NCBI GenBank assembly: GCA_027593235.1
Contig: JAQCIU010000010.1
Coordinates: forward strand, 35,498 to 99,497
Direction: 5' to 3'
DNA: 64,000 nt
Origin: Chloroflexota bacterium
GTDB taxonomy: Bacteria > Chloroflexota > Dehalococcoidia > UBA2979
Shown: positions 1 to 9,661 of the stretch, in pieces
Numbering within the stretch: the first letter of the stretch is position 1
How the letters are laid out: each line of letters begins with the position of its first letter
Notes under the pieces: generated by a model
The model's database searches: none
What the model was told of the DNA's origin: nothing
Seen by the model: only the letters and a program-made list of their open reading frames with translations
Program-made: the position numbers and the translations under genes

Positions 1-558
1 CAACACGGGCGTGTGCTCGAACGCGACGTCTTGCGCCGCCACATCGGCATCCCCAGCATCGAGACGATGCAGCGACTTGCGGAGCACTACGAGCTGACTG
101 TCTCGGGCGCGCAACTGACCGAGGAGAGGCAAGCCCTCCTCGACGCCCTGTTGCCGACCGCCGCACCGCGTCCGGGCGCGCGTGAACTCACGGCGGCGCT
201 GCGCGCTGGTGGTGTGCCGATCGCGATCGGGACCAGTTCCACCCGCCACACCTTCGCGCTGAAGGCGGCGAATCATCGCGAGTGGTTTGGTGAGTTCGAT
301 GCCGTGGTCACCAGCGACGACGTGGCGCGCGGAAAACCGCACCCCGACATCTTCCAGCGCGCCGCGGAGCTCCTCGGACGACCGGCGGCGGAGTGCGTCG
401 TCTTCGAGGACGCGCGATCCGGTGTGGAGGCGGCGCAAGCGGCCGGCATGGCCGTCGTGATGGTGCCGACAATCGGCGTCGATCCGAGCGGGCTTGAGCC
501 CGACGAACTCCTCGATTCGCTCGTTGATTTCGACCCGCAACGCTGGGGCCTGCTCTAA
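1..558 (+). CDS. HAD-superfamily phosphatase (pseudouridine-5'-phosphatase/CbbY-like), 5'-truncated by the window edge
   Basis: Motifs GTSS, KPHPDIF and VFEDARSGVEAA; the frame is open from base 1 and motif I (DxD) is not in the window. Confidence 0.85.
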   Translation, partial: QHGRVLERDVLRRHIGIPSIETMQRLAEHYELTVSGAQLTEERQALLDALLPTAAPRPGARELTAALRAGGVPIAIGTSSTRHTFALKAANHREWFGEFDAVVTSDDVARGKPHPDIFQRAAELLGRPAAECVVFEDARSGVEAAQAAGMAVVMVPTIGVDPSGLEPDELLDSLVDFDPQRWGLL

Positions 559-689
559 GCTCGGAGCTGCGATCCGAGGACGGGCGCCCGCCTGCCCGTT
601 TTCCGGTGTTCAGCCGAAGATCAGTGGAGAATCAGGCGCGATAGCGCCCGGTCCGTCGCGCGCGGAATCTGGGCGCTCCTTGAGGAGCC

Positions 690-2372
690 ATGGTGGGACC
701 TCCCTCCGCGGATATGACCGAACGAACCGGCGATGCCTCCGGCTGGCTGATCGTGCGCGAGGACGGTGTGATCGTCGCGGCCGATGAGCGCGCGATGACC
801 CTCGTCGGCGCGGGCGCGATCGCGACGCTGGTTGGCCGTGCCTGGCCCTCGCTGGTCGCTGCAAGCGATGCCCCGCTGCTCGCGATGGCAGTCACCGCCT
901 TCGAGCACGGCGAGGCATGGTCGGGCGCCCTCGCGTTCCAGTTCGACGAGGAGCCAGTCGCGCTCGCCGTCTCGCTGATCCCGCGCGTGCCCGGTCGCGG
1001 CGAAGTCGCGGTCATCCACCTCGCGCCCGTTGCCCACGAGGATCACCAGCCGATCCGGACCGCCACCGCCGCCGGGCAGCGTGACGACCTCGAGGTGCTC
1101 GTCGACGCGATCGAGGCCAGCGCGGAGCTGCAGGATCCGACCGCGATCGCGCGGGCGGTACTGCAGGCGATCCGGCCCGCGATCCGCTTCGAATGGGGCA
1201 TGGTGCTGCGCCTGTTCCACCAGGATCACTTCGGCACGCCACCAGCCGCCGAAGTCGTCGCGACCTATCCGACCGGTCTCGCCGGCATCGACGCTGGCGC
1301 GGCCTGGACACCGATCGATGCCGCGGAACATGCCCTCCTCGAGAGCGGCGAACCGTCGCTCGATGGCCGTCTGGCACGCGCCGAGAACGAGCGTTCGCCA
1401 CTGCGGCGCCTGCCGGCGTTCGGCATGCGCTCGCGGCTCGTTGTGCCGCTGTTCGCACCCGCCGGTGGCGGCGTGAACGGCGCCGTCGCGCTCTACAGCA
1501 CGCAGCCGGTCGCCTTCAGTCCGGCGGATGGCCTGCGCCTCGAACGGTTCGCGCGCCGCCTCGGTCACTTCGTCGGCGCCGCCGTCGAGTTGGCCGCGCC
1601 CGTGGACCGAGAGCCCGCAGGCACGCCGACCGCCGAGGAGCCCGTTGCGCCCTCGGAGCACACGCCTTCGGAGCCCACATCCTCGGAGGCCGCGGCCCCG
1701 AGCGATCGATTCGATCGCCTCGCGGACTTCGCCGCCGGGGTCGCCCACGAGCTGAACAACCCGCTGGCCGCCGTGCTCGGCTACGCGCAGCTCCTACCGC
1801 AGCTCGGCGACGACGACCGCGCCGCGGCGCTCGCGGCGATCGAGGCGGAGACGTTGCGCGCGAGCGAGGTCACGCGGGATCTCCTCGCGTTCGCACGCCA
1901 GCAGCCCTCGGCGCGTCGTGACGTACACCTCGCGGCCGTCGCAAGCCGCGTACTGGACGTGCTGCACCATGACCTGCACGCAGCCGGGATCGAAGTCCAG
2001 ACGGCCTTCCTCGCGACCCCCGTGCTCGCCGCCGACGAGCCACAGCTGGAACAGGCGATCCTCCACCTGCTTCGCAACGCCCTCGATGCGATGCCCGATG
2101 GCGGAACGCTCGCGCTGGCCATCCGCCCGATCGACGGCGCGGTTCGGCTGGAGGTCACGGACAGCGGCCCCGGTGTGCCCGAGATGATCGCGAGCCGCAT
2201 CTTTGAGCCGTTCGTCACCACCCACGATGACCCCGCGCACCGCGGTATGGGCCTTGCGATCGTGCACGGCATCGCCGGGGCGCACGGTGGTCGAGCCTGG
2301 TTTGAGCCGGTCACACCGCACGGCGCGCGCTTCATCCTGGAACTCCCGGCAGGAGCGCAGCCCGCGATCTAG
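690..2372 (+). CDS. Sensor histidine kinase (PAS-like/GAF + HisKA + HATPase)
   Basis: H-box AHELNNPL, N-box LLRNALDA, DSGPG, IFEPF, GMGLAIV; GAF-like LVVPL...GAVALYS. Confidence 0.9.
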   Translation: MVGPPSADMTERTGDASGWLIVREDGVIVAADERAMTLVGAGAIATLVGRAWPSLVAASDAPLLAMAVTAFEHGEAWSGALAFQFDEEPVALAVSLIPRVPGRGEVAVIHLAPVAHEDHQPIRTATAAGQRDDLEVLVDAIEASAELQDPTAIARAVLQAIRPAIRFEWGMVLRLFHQDHFGTPPAAEVVATYPTGLAGIDAGAAWTPIDAAEHALLESGEPSLDGRLARAENERSPLRRLPAFGMRSRLVVPLFAPAGGGVNGAVALYSTQPVAFSPADGLRLERFARRLGHFVGAAVELAAPVDREPAGTPTAEEPVAPSEHTPSEPTSSEAAAPSDRFDRLADFAAGVAHELNNPLAAVLGYAQLLPQLGDDDRAAALAAIEAETLRASEVTRDLLAFARQQPSARRDVHLAAVASRVLDVLHHDLHAAGIEVQTAFLATPVLAADEPQLEQAILHLLRNALDAMPDGGTLALAIRPIDGAVRLEVTDSGPGVPEMIASRIFEPFVTTHDDPAHRGMGLAIVHGIAGAHGGRAWFEPVTPHGARFILELPAGAQPAI

Positions 2373-2472
2373 TGCCGGGTAATGCTCAGGCGCTCGCTCA
2401 CATGACCGATATCTCACGCCGTGATAACGTCACCGGCGACCAAACAGCGCTCCACCACGAAGGATCAACCAC

Positions 2473-2937
2473 TTGCAAAACTGGCGCCGAGCGGCGTTCG
2501 CCCTCAGCCTCCTTGTTGCCACCAGCGGCCTGGTCGCCGCCTGCGGCGGCGGCGGTGGCGGTGATGGCAACGACGAAGATTACGTGAAAGCACTCTGCGA
2601 ATCGGGTGACATCCTGGAGGAGGTGATCACGGTCGCCTTTACCGCGGCCGCCGACGGCGACGAGGACGCAGCCCGGGACGCCGTTGTCGAAGTCATGGAG
2701 AAGTGGGCCGACGCGCTCGACGATGCGAACCCGCCAGCCGACGCGGCTGACGCTCACAACGCGCTTGTCGACGGCCTCCGCGACGGGATCCAGCGACTGA
2801 AGGACGGCGATTCGGATCTGGACACCGTCTTCGAGGGCATCGATCCGTCGATCGATATGCCTCAGGCAGTCCAGGACCGGCTCGAAGTGGTCGCCAACAA
2901 CACCGCTGAGTGCGAGGACGGCGGATTCTTCGACTAG
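2473..2937 (+). CDS. Lipoprotein of unknown function
   Basis: Signal peptide with lipobox VAAC; acidic helical domain. Confidence 0.75.
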   Translation: MQNWRRAAFALSLLVATSGLVAACGGGGGGDGNDEDYVKALCESGDILEEVITVAFTAAADGDEDAARDAVVEVMEKWADALDDANPPADAADAHNALVDGLRDGIQRLKDGDSDLDTVFEGIDPSIDMPQAVQDRLEVVANNTAECEDGGFFD

Positions 2938-2962
2938 ATCGAACAGACGGCTTCGGGTGTTG

Positions 2963-3631
2963 CTAGCCGAGCAGCACTCGAAGCCCGACCGCCAGTTCCG
3001 CGAAGCTGGGCAGCGTGGCATCCGCGCCCGCCGCGTTGAGCTGATCCTCGGTCCAGCTTCCGGTTGCCACGCCGATGCCGATCGCACCGATCGCCGCCGC
3101 GCCGGTGATGTCGTGCTCCGAGTCCCCGATCACCACCAGCCGCTCGCCCGCGCTCCAGCCCAGCGCCTCGGCGCCCTCGCGCAGCATGTCTGGCCGGTTG
3201 TCGTGTCGGTCGCCGAAGCCGCCGGTCTCGAAGTACTGCGCGAGTCCCACGTGTTCGAGCTTCATGAAGGCGGTGTCGCGCCAGTTCCCGGTGCCCAGCC
3301 CCATCACGACGTCATCGCGACCGCGCAGCGCCTCGAGGAGCGCGACCACCCCGGGGAGGACGCGCGCGTCGCGCTGCGCCAACTCCTCAAGGAGTAGCGG
3401 CGGGTACTGCTCGCGGTAGGCAGTCATCAGCGTGGCCTCGGGGACGCCGCTCGCCCGGGCGACCTCGCGCACGATCCACAGGTCCGTGCGGCCCTGGTAG
3501 TTCAGTCCCGCGAACGCGCCCTCGGCTCCGGGGACGCGATCGAAGGCGCGTCCCAGCGCGGCGCCGCCGGCGCTGTTGCTCGCCATCAGCGTCTGGTCGA
3601 GGTCAAAGAGCAGGTGGGTGCGGCTCGTCAC
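2963..3631 (-). CDS. HAD-family hydrolase (phosphoglycolate phosphatase-like)
   Basis: LLFDLDQTL, GRTD, GTGN, IGDSEHD; start placed at GTG 3631. Confidence 0.88.
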   Translation of the reverse strand: MTSRTHLLFDLDQTLMASNSAGGAALGRAFDRVPGAEGAFAGLNYQGRTDLWIVREVARASGVPEATLMTAYREQYPPLLLEELAQRDARVLPGVVALLEALRGRDDVVMGLGTGNWRDTAFMKLEHVGLAQYFETGGFGDRHDNRPDMLREGAEALGWSAGERLVVIGDSEHDITGAAAIGAIGIGVATGSWTEDQLNAAGADATLPSFAELAVGLRVLLG

Positions 3632-3659
3632 TGGTGCGCGCCGGTCTTCGCTGCGCGGT

Positions 3660-4001
3660 TCAGTCTTGCTTCTCCATCGGGTAGCCGGCCTTCGCCCACG
3701 CGTCGTGGCCACCTTCGACGTTGTACAGGTCGGTCAGGCCAAGCGCCGCCGCGAACTCGGCGGCGACCGCGGAACGCTGCCCGGACTTGCAGATGAAGAG
3801 GATCGGCTTGTCCGTCGCCAGATCGGCGGCGCGGGTCAGCGTCGCCATGTGCTGGATGTTCAGGGATCCGGGAACGTGGCCATCGGCGTGCTCGTGCATT
3901 TCGCGCGAGTCGATCACCTGGACGCCGCCACCATCGATCAGCTCTTTGGCCTCGTGGACGTCGATCCGCGTGAACGGCTCGCCCTCGTTCTTCACTGCCA
4001 C
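3660..4001 (-). CDS. Single-domain rhodanese
   Basis: IDSRE..EHADGHVPGS, active loop CKSGQRS, VEGGHDAW; GGAGG precedes GTG 4001. Confidence 0.88.
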   Translation of the reverse strand: MAVKNEGEPFTRIDVHEAKELIDGGGVQVIDSREMHEHADGHVPGSLNIQHMATLTRAADLATDKPILFICKSGQRSAVAAEFAAALGLTDLYNVEGGHDAWAKAGYPMEKQD

Positions 4002-4086
4002 CGTCGTATCCTCCGGATCGGGCACCGGATCGCCGCGAACAGACGGCTCCGAGATTGCCTGTGTTTGTTGGGTGGATTGGTCAGAA

Positions 4087-4791
4087 ATGCCGAACAATCC
4101 GAGCATACCAGAGCTTCGCGAGGCCGCAGCCATCAACCTTGTTGGCGCACGCTCACCCGGCGACTCGCTGCTCACCGTCGGCATCGACCTCCGCAGCGGT
4201 CCGCGCTACCCGACCGGCCTCGCCGTCCTCGATGCGACGAACCGGCTGCGGCGCCTCGAGGTGGTGCGCGAAGACGCCGCGATCTTCGAGGCGATCGAGG
4301 AGGCGCGTCCCGCCCTGATCGCGATCGATGCGCCGCTCGGCCTCCCCGAGGGCCGTTGCTGCACGGATCAGGCTTGCGAGTGCGCACGGTTCGGGATCAT
4401 GCGCGACGCCGATCGTGTCTGCGCCGCCGCCGGCTACCGGCCGTTTCCGACGCTGCTGCCCTCGATGGTCAAGCTCACCGAGCGGGGGATTCGACTCCAC
4501 GACACCCTCACCGCAGCGGGCTATCCGGTGATCGAGGTCTATCCCGGCATGGCACAGGACATCCTGGGCATCCCGCGCAAGGGCGAGAGCGTCGACGCGC
4601 TCCGCCGCGGTCTCAAGCGCGGCGGCATCCTCGGCATCCCGCGCGGACGGCGGGTGACGCACGACGAACTGGACGCGGTCACCTGTGCCCTCGTCGCCCA
4701 GCTTCATCTCGCGGGAGCGACGGAGACGATGGGCCCCGGCGTCCCGGTGCCGCTCGTGCTTCCACGGCGAGCGCCCGCGGGGACCAGCTGA
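4087..4791 (+). CDS. DUF429 family (predicted RNase H-like nuclease fold) protein
   Basis: VGIDL, IAIDAPLG, IEVYPG, HDELDAVTCA. Confidence 0.8.
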   Translation: MPNNPSIPELREAAAINLVGARSPGDSLLTVGIDLRSGPRYPTGLAVLDATNRLRRLEVVREDAAIFEAIEEARPALIAIDAPLGLPEGRCCTDQACECARFGIMRDADRVCAAAGYRPFPTLLPSMVKLTERGIRLHDTLTAAGYPVIEVYPGMAQDILGIPRKGESVDALRRGLKRGGILGIPRGRRVTHDELDAVTCALVAQLHLAGATETMGPGVPVPLVLPRRAPAGTS

Positions 4792-4874
4792 AGCATCAGG
4801 CACCTCGGTAGCGCGGTTCGGCGCACGGCTACAATCGCAGGTGTGAACCGCCGTCCAGCCAACCCGCGCGCCCA

Positions 4875-5879
4875 ATGAGCGCCGCCGCCGCGTCGAGCCG
4901 CTCGACGGAGCGTGTGTTCGTCACCAGGATTCTTCCCGGTGAACCGTCGCTCGCGCGCCTCGCGGCGCGCTGCCATGTCGATGTCTGGCCGGATGCCGAC
5001 CCGCCCCCCGGTGCCGTGCTGCGCGACCACGCGGCTGGTTCCAGCGCGCTGCTCACGATGATCAACGACGTCGTCGGCGCGTCACTCCTCGATGTCGCGC
5101 CACGGCTCAAGGTCGTGGCGCAGATGGCCGTCGGCTACGACAACATTGACGTCGACGCGTGCAGCGACCGAGGTGTGCTGGTGACCAACACGCCGGGAGT
5201 CCTAACGGATACAACCGCCGACATGACGTTCGCGCTCCTCATGTCCGCCGCGCGGCGGCTCCCACGCGTCGAGCGCGCCGTCCGCGATGGCGAATGGGGC
5301 GAATGGAACCCGACCTGGATGCTGGGACACCAGGTGACGGGAGCCACCCTCGGCATCGTCGGGCCCGGGCGCATCGGTCGCGCCGTGGCCGAACGTGCGC
5401 GCGGCTTCGCGATGACCGTGATTTACGCCGGTCACCGGCCGAACGCGGACTTCCCCGGCGAGTACGTGACCTTCCAGGAATTGCTCGCCCGGTCCGATTT
5501 CGTTTCGATCCACGCGCCGCTCACCGCCGAAACCCAGCACCTCTTCGACGACGCGGCGTTCGCCGCGATGCAGCCACACGCGATCCTCGTCAACACCGCA
5601 CGCGGCGGGCTCGTCGACCAGTACGCCCTCTGCCGAGCGCTCAAGACGGGTGCGATTGGCGGCGCCGCGCTGGATGTCACCACCCCGGAACCGTTGCCAC
5701 CTGACGATCCGCTATTGTCCGCGCCAAACCTCACGATTGCGCCCCACCTCGGAAGCGCGACACTACAGACGAGGATCGAAATGGCGGAACTCGCGGTGGA
5801 CGGCGTCCTGGCCGTGCTCGACGGCATCCGACCGCAACACCTCGTGAATGCCGAAGCCTGGGAGCGTCGCCGCCCGTGA
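4875..5879 (+). CDS. D-2-hydroxyacid dehydrogenase (glyoxylate reductase/D-glycerate dehydrogenase)
   Basis: AVGYDNID, GPGRIG, NTARG, LDVTTPEP, PHLGSAT. Confidence 0.92.
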   Translation: MSAAAASSRSTERVFVTRILPGEPSLARLAARCHVDVWPDADPPPGAVLRDHAAGSSALLTMINDVVGASLLDVAPRLKVVAQMAVGYDNIDVDACSDRGVLVTNTPGVLTDTTADMTFALLMSAARRLPRVERAVRDGEWGEWNPTWMLGHQVTGATLGIVGPGRIGRAVAERARGFAMTVIYAGHRPNADFPGEYVTFQELLARSDFVSIHAPLTAETQHLFDDAAFAAMQPHAILVNTARGGLVDQYALCRALKTGAIGGAALDVTTPEPLPPDDPLLSAPNLTIAPHLGSATLQTRIEMAELAVDGVLAVLDGIRPQHLVNAEAWERRRP

Positions 5880-6556
5880 ACGAGAAACGTGATCTCAGCC
5901 AGCTGCATGGACGGCTCTGGCTCGCCGAGGCGCTCTGGAAGCTCGGCTCCATCCAGTTCGGCGACTTCAGCCTCGGACGGACCGTCCGCAACTCCCCGGT
6001 CCACGTCAACGCGAAGCTCCTGATCTCTCGACCGTCCGATCTCCAGCGCACCGCGCAGCTCATCGCGGACGAGCTGCGCATGGGTCAGGCGATGCGCAAC
6101 CGGCAGGTCGAGCCGTTCGACAACATCGCCGGGGTGCCGATCGGCGGTCTCCACATCGCCACCGCGCTCTCCCTCGAAACGGGCAACCCGCTGCTGTACG
6201 TCCGCCCGCCGCGGACCGGCAGCGTCGAGCACGCGCCGCACATCGAGGGCATCTACACACCGGGACAAGGCACGGTGATCGTCGACGACCTCGCCGCCGG
6301 CGGTGGGTCGCTCGTCGAAACGGTCGAACGGCTACGCGAGGCCGGTCTGCGCGTCCACGACGCGGTCGTGTTGATCGATCGCGAGCAGGGAGCGGCCGGA
6401 CGCCTCGGGATGCTCGGGGTCAGCCTGCATTCGGTGCTGACCCTGGATGTTGTCCTCCAATACCTCCACTCGGCGGGACACGTGGACGACGAGGACTACG
6501 AGCGCTCACGGCTCTACCTTGGTCGTGAGGGACAGGTCCGCTCCGAATTCGACTAG
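5876..6556 (+). CDS. Type I phosphoribosyltransferase, divergent orotate PRTase (PyrE)-like
   Basis: IQFGDF, AGVPIGG, IVDDLAAGGGS, LIDREQG; overlaps the upstream stop (GTGA). Confidence 0.75.
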   Translation: MNEKRDLSQLHGRLWLAEALWKLGSIQFGDFSLGRTVRNSPVHVNAKLLISRPSDLQRTAQLIADELRMGQAMRNRQVEPFDNIAGVPIGGLHIATALSLETGNPLLYVRPPRTGSVEHAPHIEGIYTPGQGTVIVDDLAAGGGSLVETVERLREAGLRVHDAVVLIDREQGAAGRLGMLGVSLHSVLTLDVVLQYLHSAGHVDDEDYERSRLYLGREGQVRSEFD

Positions 6557-6800
6557 CGCGCCGGACCACGCCTCTTACGATTCACCCCGGCGATCCCCGC
6601 CTGATCGGCACCTGACATCGCCCGAACCGCCGGGGATCCTCGCGGGTGGCCTCGGTGACCGCTCGAGACTGCAGCGCTTATTCCTCTCCGCCGCTGCGCC
6701 GATTCTTACCGGTCCTGCCGTAGCACCGCGCTGCTCGCGGCAATTCCTCTAGCAACGAAGGAGCGAGCGGCGCCGACAGCGACGCCAGGAGGAGACCACG

Positions 6801-7632
6801 ATGTGGGGAGTGCTGATCGGTACCGCGGCTGCGCATAAGGCCGCCGCGGTTGGCGTCGGATTGTCGGTGATACTTGGCACGGCAGGGACCGCCGAGGTCA
6901 CCGGCATCGGCCCAACCGTTCGAGACATCGTCCGGCATGAGGCCGTGCAGGAGAGCGCGTCAGACGCGATCGACGAAGGCGTCACCCGCGAGGACGAATC
7001 AGCGCTCGCCATGCTGGACGAGGACGAGAGCACGATCTCCGAGTTGGCGCTCGAATCCGAAGCCACGAGCGAGGACGAGAGCGCCCTGGATGAGGACGGG
7101 GAACGGGAGCACTTCGCGCTGGCGGCCGAGGACGGTCCCGGGAACCTAGTGTGGCATCTGAAGGACGGCGTCTTCCACCTCCGCGGCACCTTGATCGATG
7201 CAGGCGACGGGCTCGCGATCCGAACTGCAGGACCTGACGGGGAAGTGCTCGACCTGCTCGTGGATGAGGACTCTGTCGATCTCAGGATCCCCGGTGGTCA
7301 CGCGAAGGACGGTGATATCGCGCTCGATGACTACCTGGGCGCGATGGTTCGCGCGACCGGAACCTGCGTCGCATCCACCGACGCCGAGGCCGCCCCGGAT
7401 TGCACGGTAGAGACGCTGCGAATCCTCGGAAACGCCGGGCGGAACGATGCTGGCGGACGACTCGTCGATCGACGAGTCGTCCGCCAGCATCGATGAGCAC
7501 GAGTCGGTCGACGGTGAGGACGGCGAGGACCTCGATGACGAGGACGGCGAGAAGGACGGTGGACACGGACAAGGTCACGGTAAGCCCGACCACGCCGGTG
7601 GACCGCGATCGCACGACGAGTCGGATGACTAA
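6801..7632 (+). pseudogene. Membrane-anchored/secreted paralog of 8493-9455, frameshifted at a 48-bp palindrome
   Basis: Shares AAAHKA, TAEV[TS]GIGP, PGNL, F.LRG.L, IPG, C..C and LGNAG blocks with 8493; the C-terminal GHGKP tail continues in the +1 frame (7447-7632). Confidence 0.7.
7445..7492. repeat. Perfect 48-bp palindrome with no spacer
   Basis: CGATGCTGGCGGACGACTCGTCGA|TCGACGAGTCGTCCGCCAGCATCG. Confidence 0.97.
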
Positions 7633-7801
7633 GAGCCCCCCGCACGCCCGCGGTCTGACCGAGCAGCATCAGGGCCGGTAACGTTGCCGGCCTCGATGCT
7701 GCTCCTCTGCGATCCCCCGAACGGGGACGATTTGACCTGGCATCGAGGGGCGCCCCGGTCGCGGGATTCGACGGTCGACCGATGATCCTTGAGAACCAGG
7801 C

Positions 7802-7827
7802 GTCACAAACCGAGACATCACGGCAAT
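7802..7827 (+). promoter_or_regulatory. Candidate ECF-sigma promoter GTCACAAAC-N12-GCAAT (copy 1, upstream of the sigma gene)
   Basis: Same bipartite motif and spacing recurs at 8401-8426. Confidence 0.6.
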
Positions 7828-7852
7828 GCCCGATCTGAGCGCCGGCGAGAGG

Positions 7853-8380
7853 ATGGCAGTCAACCGCGTGGATCCGCACGCCCGTCAGACCGTGGAGCGT
7901 GCCCGCGCCGGCGACGAGGCCGCCTGGCGGGAACTCTTCGACGAGCATTACCCCCGGCTCTTCAAGTTCTTTCGCAGTCGCGTCGATTCCGACGCAACGG
8001 CGGAGTACCTGGCGGCGGAGACCTTCACCGAGGCCGTGCGTGGCCTCCCGCGCTTCCGCTGGCGAGACCGCCCCTTCGGTGCCTGGTTGTTCGGAATCGC
8101 GCGCAATCGCTTGAGGATGCACTACCGCTCGCGCCGCGTTCATGCCGAATTGCCTGAGGAAATCGGCTATGCGCGCGATGACTACCTGGAGATAGACATC
8201 CGCGACGCGCTGGAGCGGATCGAACCGGATCACCGGCTGGCGATTGAACTGCGATACCTCCTGGGATTGAGCGGCGAGGAGGCCGCTGCAGCGATGGGCC
8301 GTTCCCACGGCGCGTTTCGCGCCCTGCTCCACCGGGCGACAGCCGCCTTCAAGCGGGAGTACGGGAGTCCGTCACCGTGA
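7853..8380 (+). CDS. ECF (sigma-24 type) RNA polymerase sigma factor
   Basis: GDEAAWRELF, ETF, FGAWLFGIARN (region 2); LRYLLGLS.EEAA..MG...LLHRA (region 4); start uncertain (7826/7853/7868). Confidence 0.92.
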   Translation: MAVNRVDPHARQTVERARAGDEAAWRELFDEHYPRLFKFFRSRVDSDATAEYLAAETFTEAVRGLPRFRWRDRPFGAWLFGIARNRLRMHYRSRRVHAELPEEIGYARDDYLEIDIRDALERIEPDHRLAIELRYLLGLSGEEAAAAMGRSHGAFRALLHRATAAFKREYGSPSP

Positions 8381-8400
8381 CCCGGCTCATCACAGGGCCC

Positions 8401-8426
8401 GTCACAAACGGGCCAGTGCCTGCAAT
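8401..8426 (+). promoter_or_regulatory. Candidate ECF-sigma promoter GTCACAAAC-N12-GCAAT (copy 2)
   Basis: Matches 7802-7827; lies upstream of 8493. Confidence 0.6.
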
Positions 8427-8492
8427 TCCATGGTTAGAGACCGACCCGAGCAACCGCGTCGCAGCCGGTGGCGTGCGTAAACGAGATGTCCG

Positions 8493-9455
8493 ATGATCCG
8501 CATCCGATTCTGGCGGCAGCCACAGCCCGAAGCCCTGGACCCGGAGATCCTGGCGGTGTTCGAGCAGCACGCGCACGCGCCGATCCTCCACGAGGCGCGC
8601 ATCACGGCCGTACGTGCGCGCGTCGCGATGCAGCTCGAACGGGAGGCGCCCCGCGGCGCTGGCCTGCGACAACGCCTCGCGTACGCGGCGGTCGGCGGGG
8701 GTGGCCTCTGGGGTACCGCGATCGGCGTCGCGGCGGCCCACAAGGCCGTCGTGGTGGCAGCCGGCGTCGGCCTGCTGTTAGCCGGCGGCACGGCAGCCGA
8801 GGTGTCCGGCATCGGTCCCGCCGTACGTGATGCCGTGCGGGCACCGCAGGCGACGACGCCCCATCCAACGCAGTCAGCGATCGATCCAACATCGTCCCCG
8901 ACCGCGACGGCAGTCGCCGCGGTGGTCGCGTCCAGCGCAACGCCACGACCGGGGAACGGCGCCACGGTGACCGATGCACCTGAGGACGTTCCGGGAAACC
9001 TGTCTACACACGTCAATTCCAAGGGCGAGTTCACGTTGCGCGGGGTACTGGTCGCCGTCGGCCCCGGAACGATCGACGTCCAGACGAGCGTCGACGACGT
9101 GCCAATCCGGTTCCTGCTGGGCGACGCCCGCGTGAAGATCCCGGGGAACGCGACGAGTGGCCTCGATGCATACGTCGGTCACCTCCTGGTGGTGAGCGGG
9201 CAATGCGAGACGATCGGCGGGCAACTGACCGAGGACTGCGACGTCGATTCGGTCACGGTGCTGGGCAACGCCGGGCAGAGCAATTCTGGTCAGGGGAACC
9301 TGAATCAGAGCAATCCCGCAGCAACCGGCACCGCAGAGGCCGAGCCCAGCGCGACGCCGAACGCGCCGGGACAGTCGGGCCAGCATGGCAAGCCGGAAGA
9401 CCCCGGTGCGTCGGAACACGCCGGCAAACCCGACGACGAGTCCTCCGAGGACTAG
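8493..9455 (+). CDS. Putative anti-sigma factor (short cytoplasmic N-domain, TM segment, extracellular beta domain)
   Basis: Directly downstream of the ECF sigma; hydrophobic segment after ~65 aa; Thr/Pro linker; Cys pair. Confidence 0.6.
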   Translation: MIRIRFWRQPQPEALDPEILAVFEQHAHAPILHEARITAVRARVAMQLEREAPRGAGLRQRLAYAAVGGGGLWGTAIGVAAAHKAVVVAAGVGLLLAGGTAAEVSGIGPAVRDAVRAPQATTPHPTQSAIDPTSSPTATAVAAVVASSATPRPGNGATVTDAPEDVPGNLSTHVNSKGEFTLRGVLVAVGPGTIDVQTSVDDVPIRFLLGDARVKIPGNATSGLDAYVGHLLVVSGQCETIGGQLTEDCDVDSVTVLGNAGQSNSGQGNLNQSNPAATGTAEAEPSATPNAPGQSGQHGKPEDPGASEHAGKPDDESSED

Positions 9456-9543
9456 GCGCGAATCGTCACCCGAGCCGTATCAAACAGCGGCACCACGGCA
9501 ATACCAGAGACGGGGGCAAGGATGGCTGCCCACCTCAATGCGG

Positions 9544-9578
9544 GACCCCCGGCTTCACGGCCGGGGGTCTTGTCGTTT
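9544..9578 (+). terminator. Intrinsic terminator
   Basis: Stem GACCCCCGGC/GCCGGGGGTC followed by TTGTCGTTT. Confidence 0.65.
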
Positions 9579-9661
9579 CCAGCCACATCGGGCGTCGCTG
9601 AGCCTCGGCGGACCGGGACGCGAGGGCCGGAGCGCGCTACGCTGCGGCCCGGAGGTCGCCC

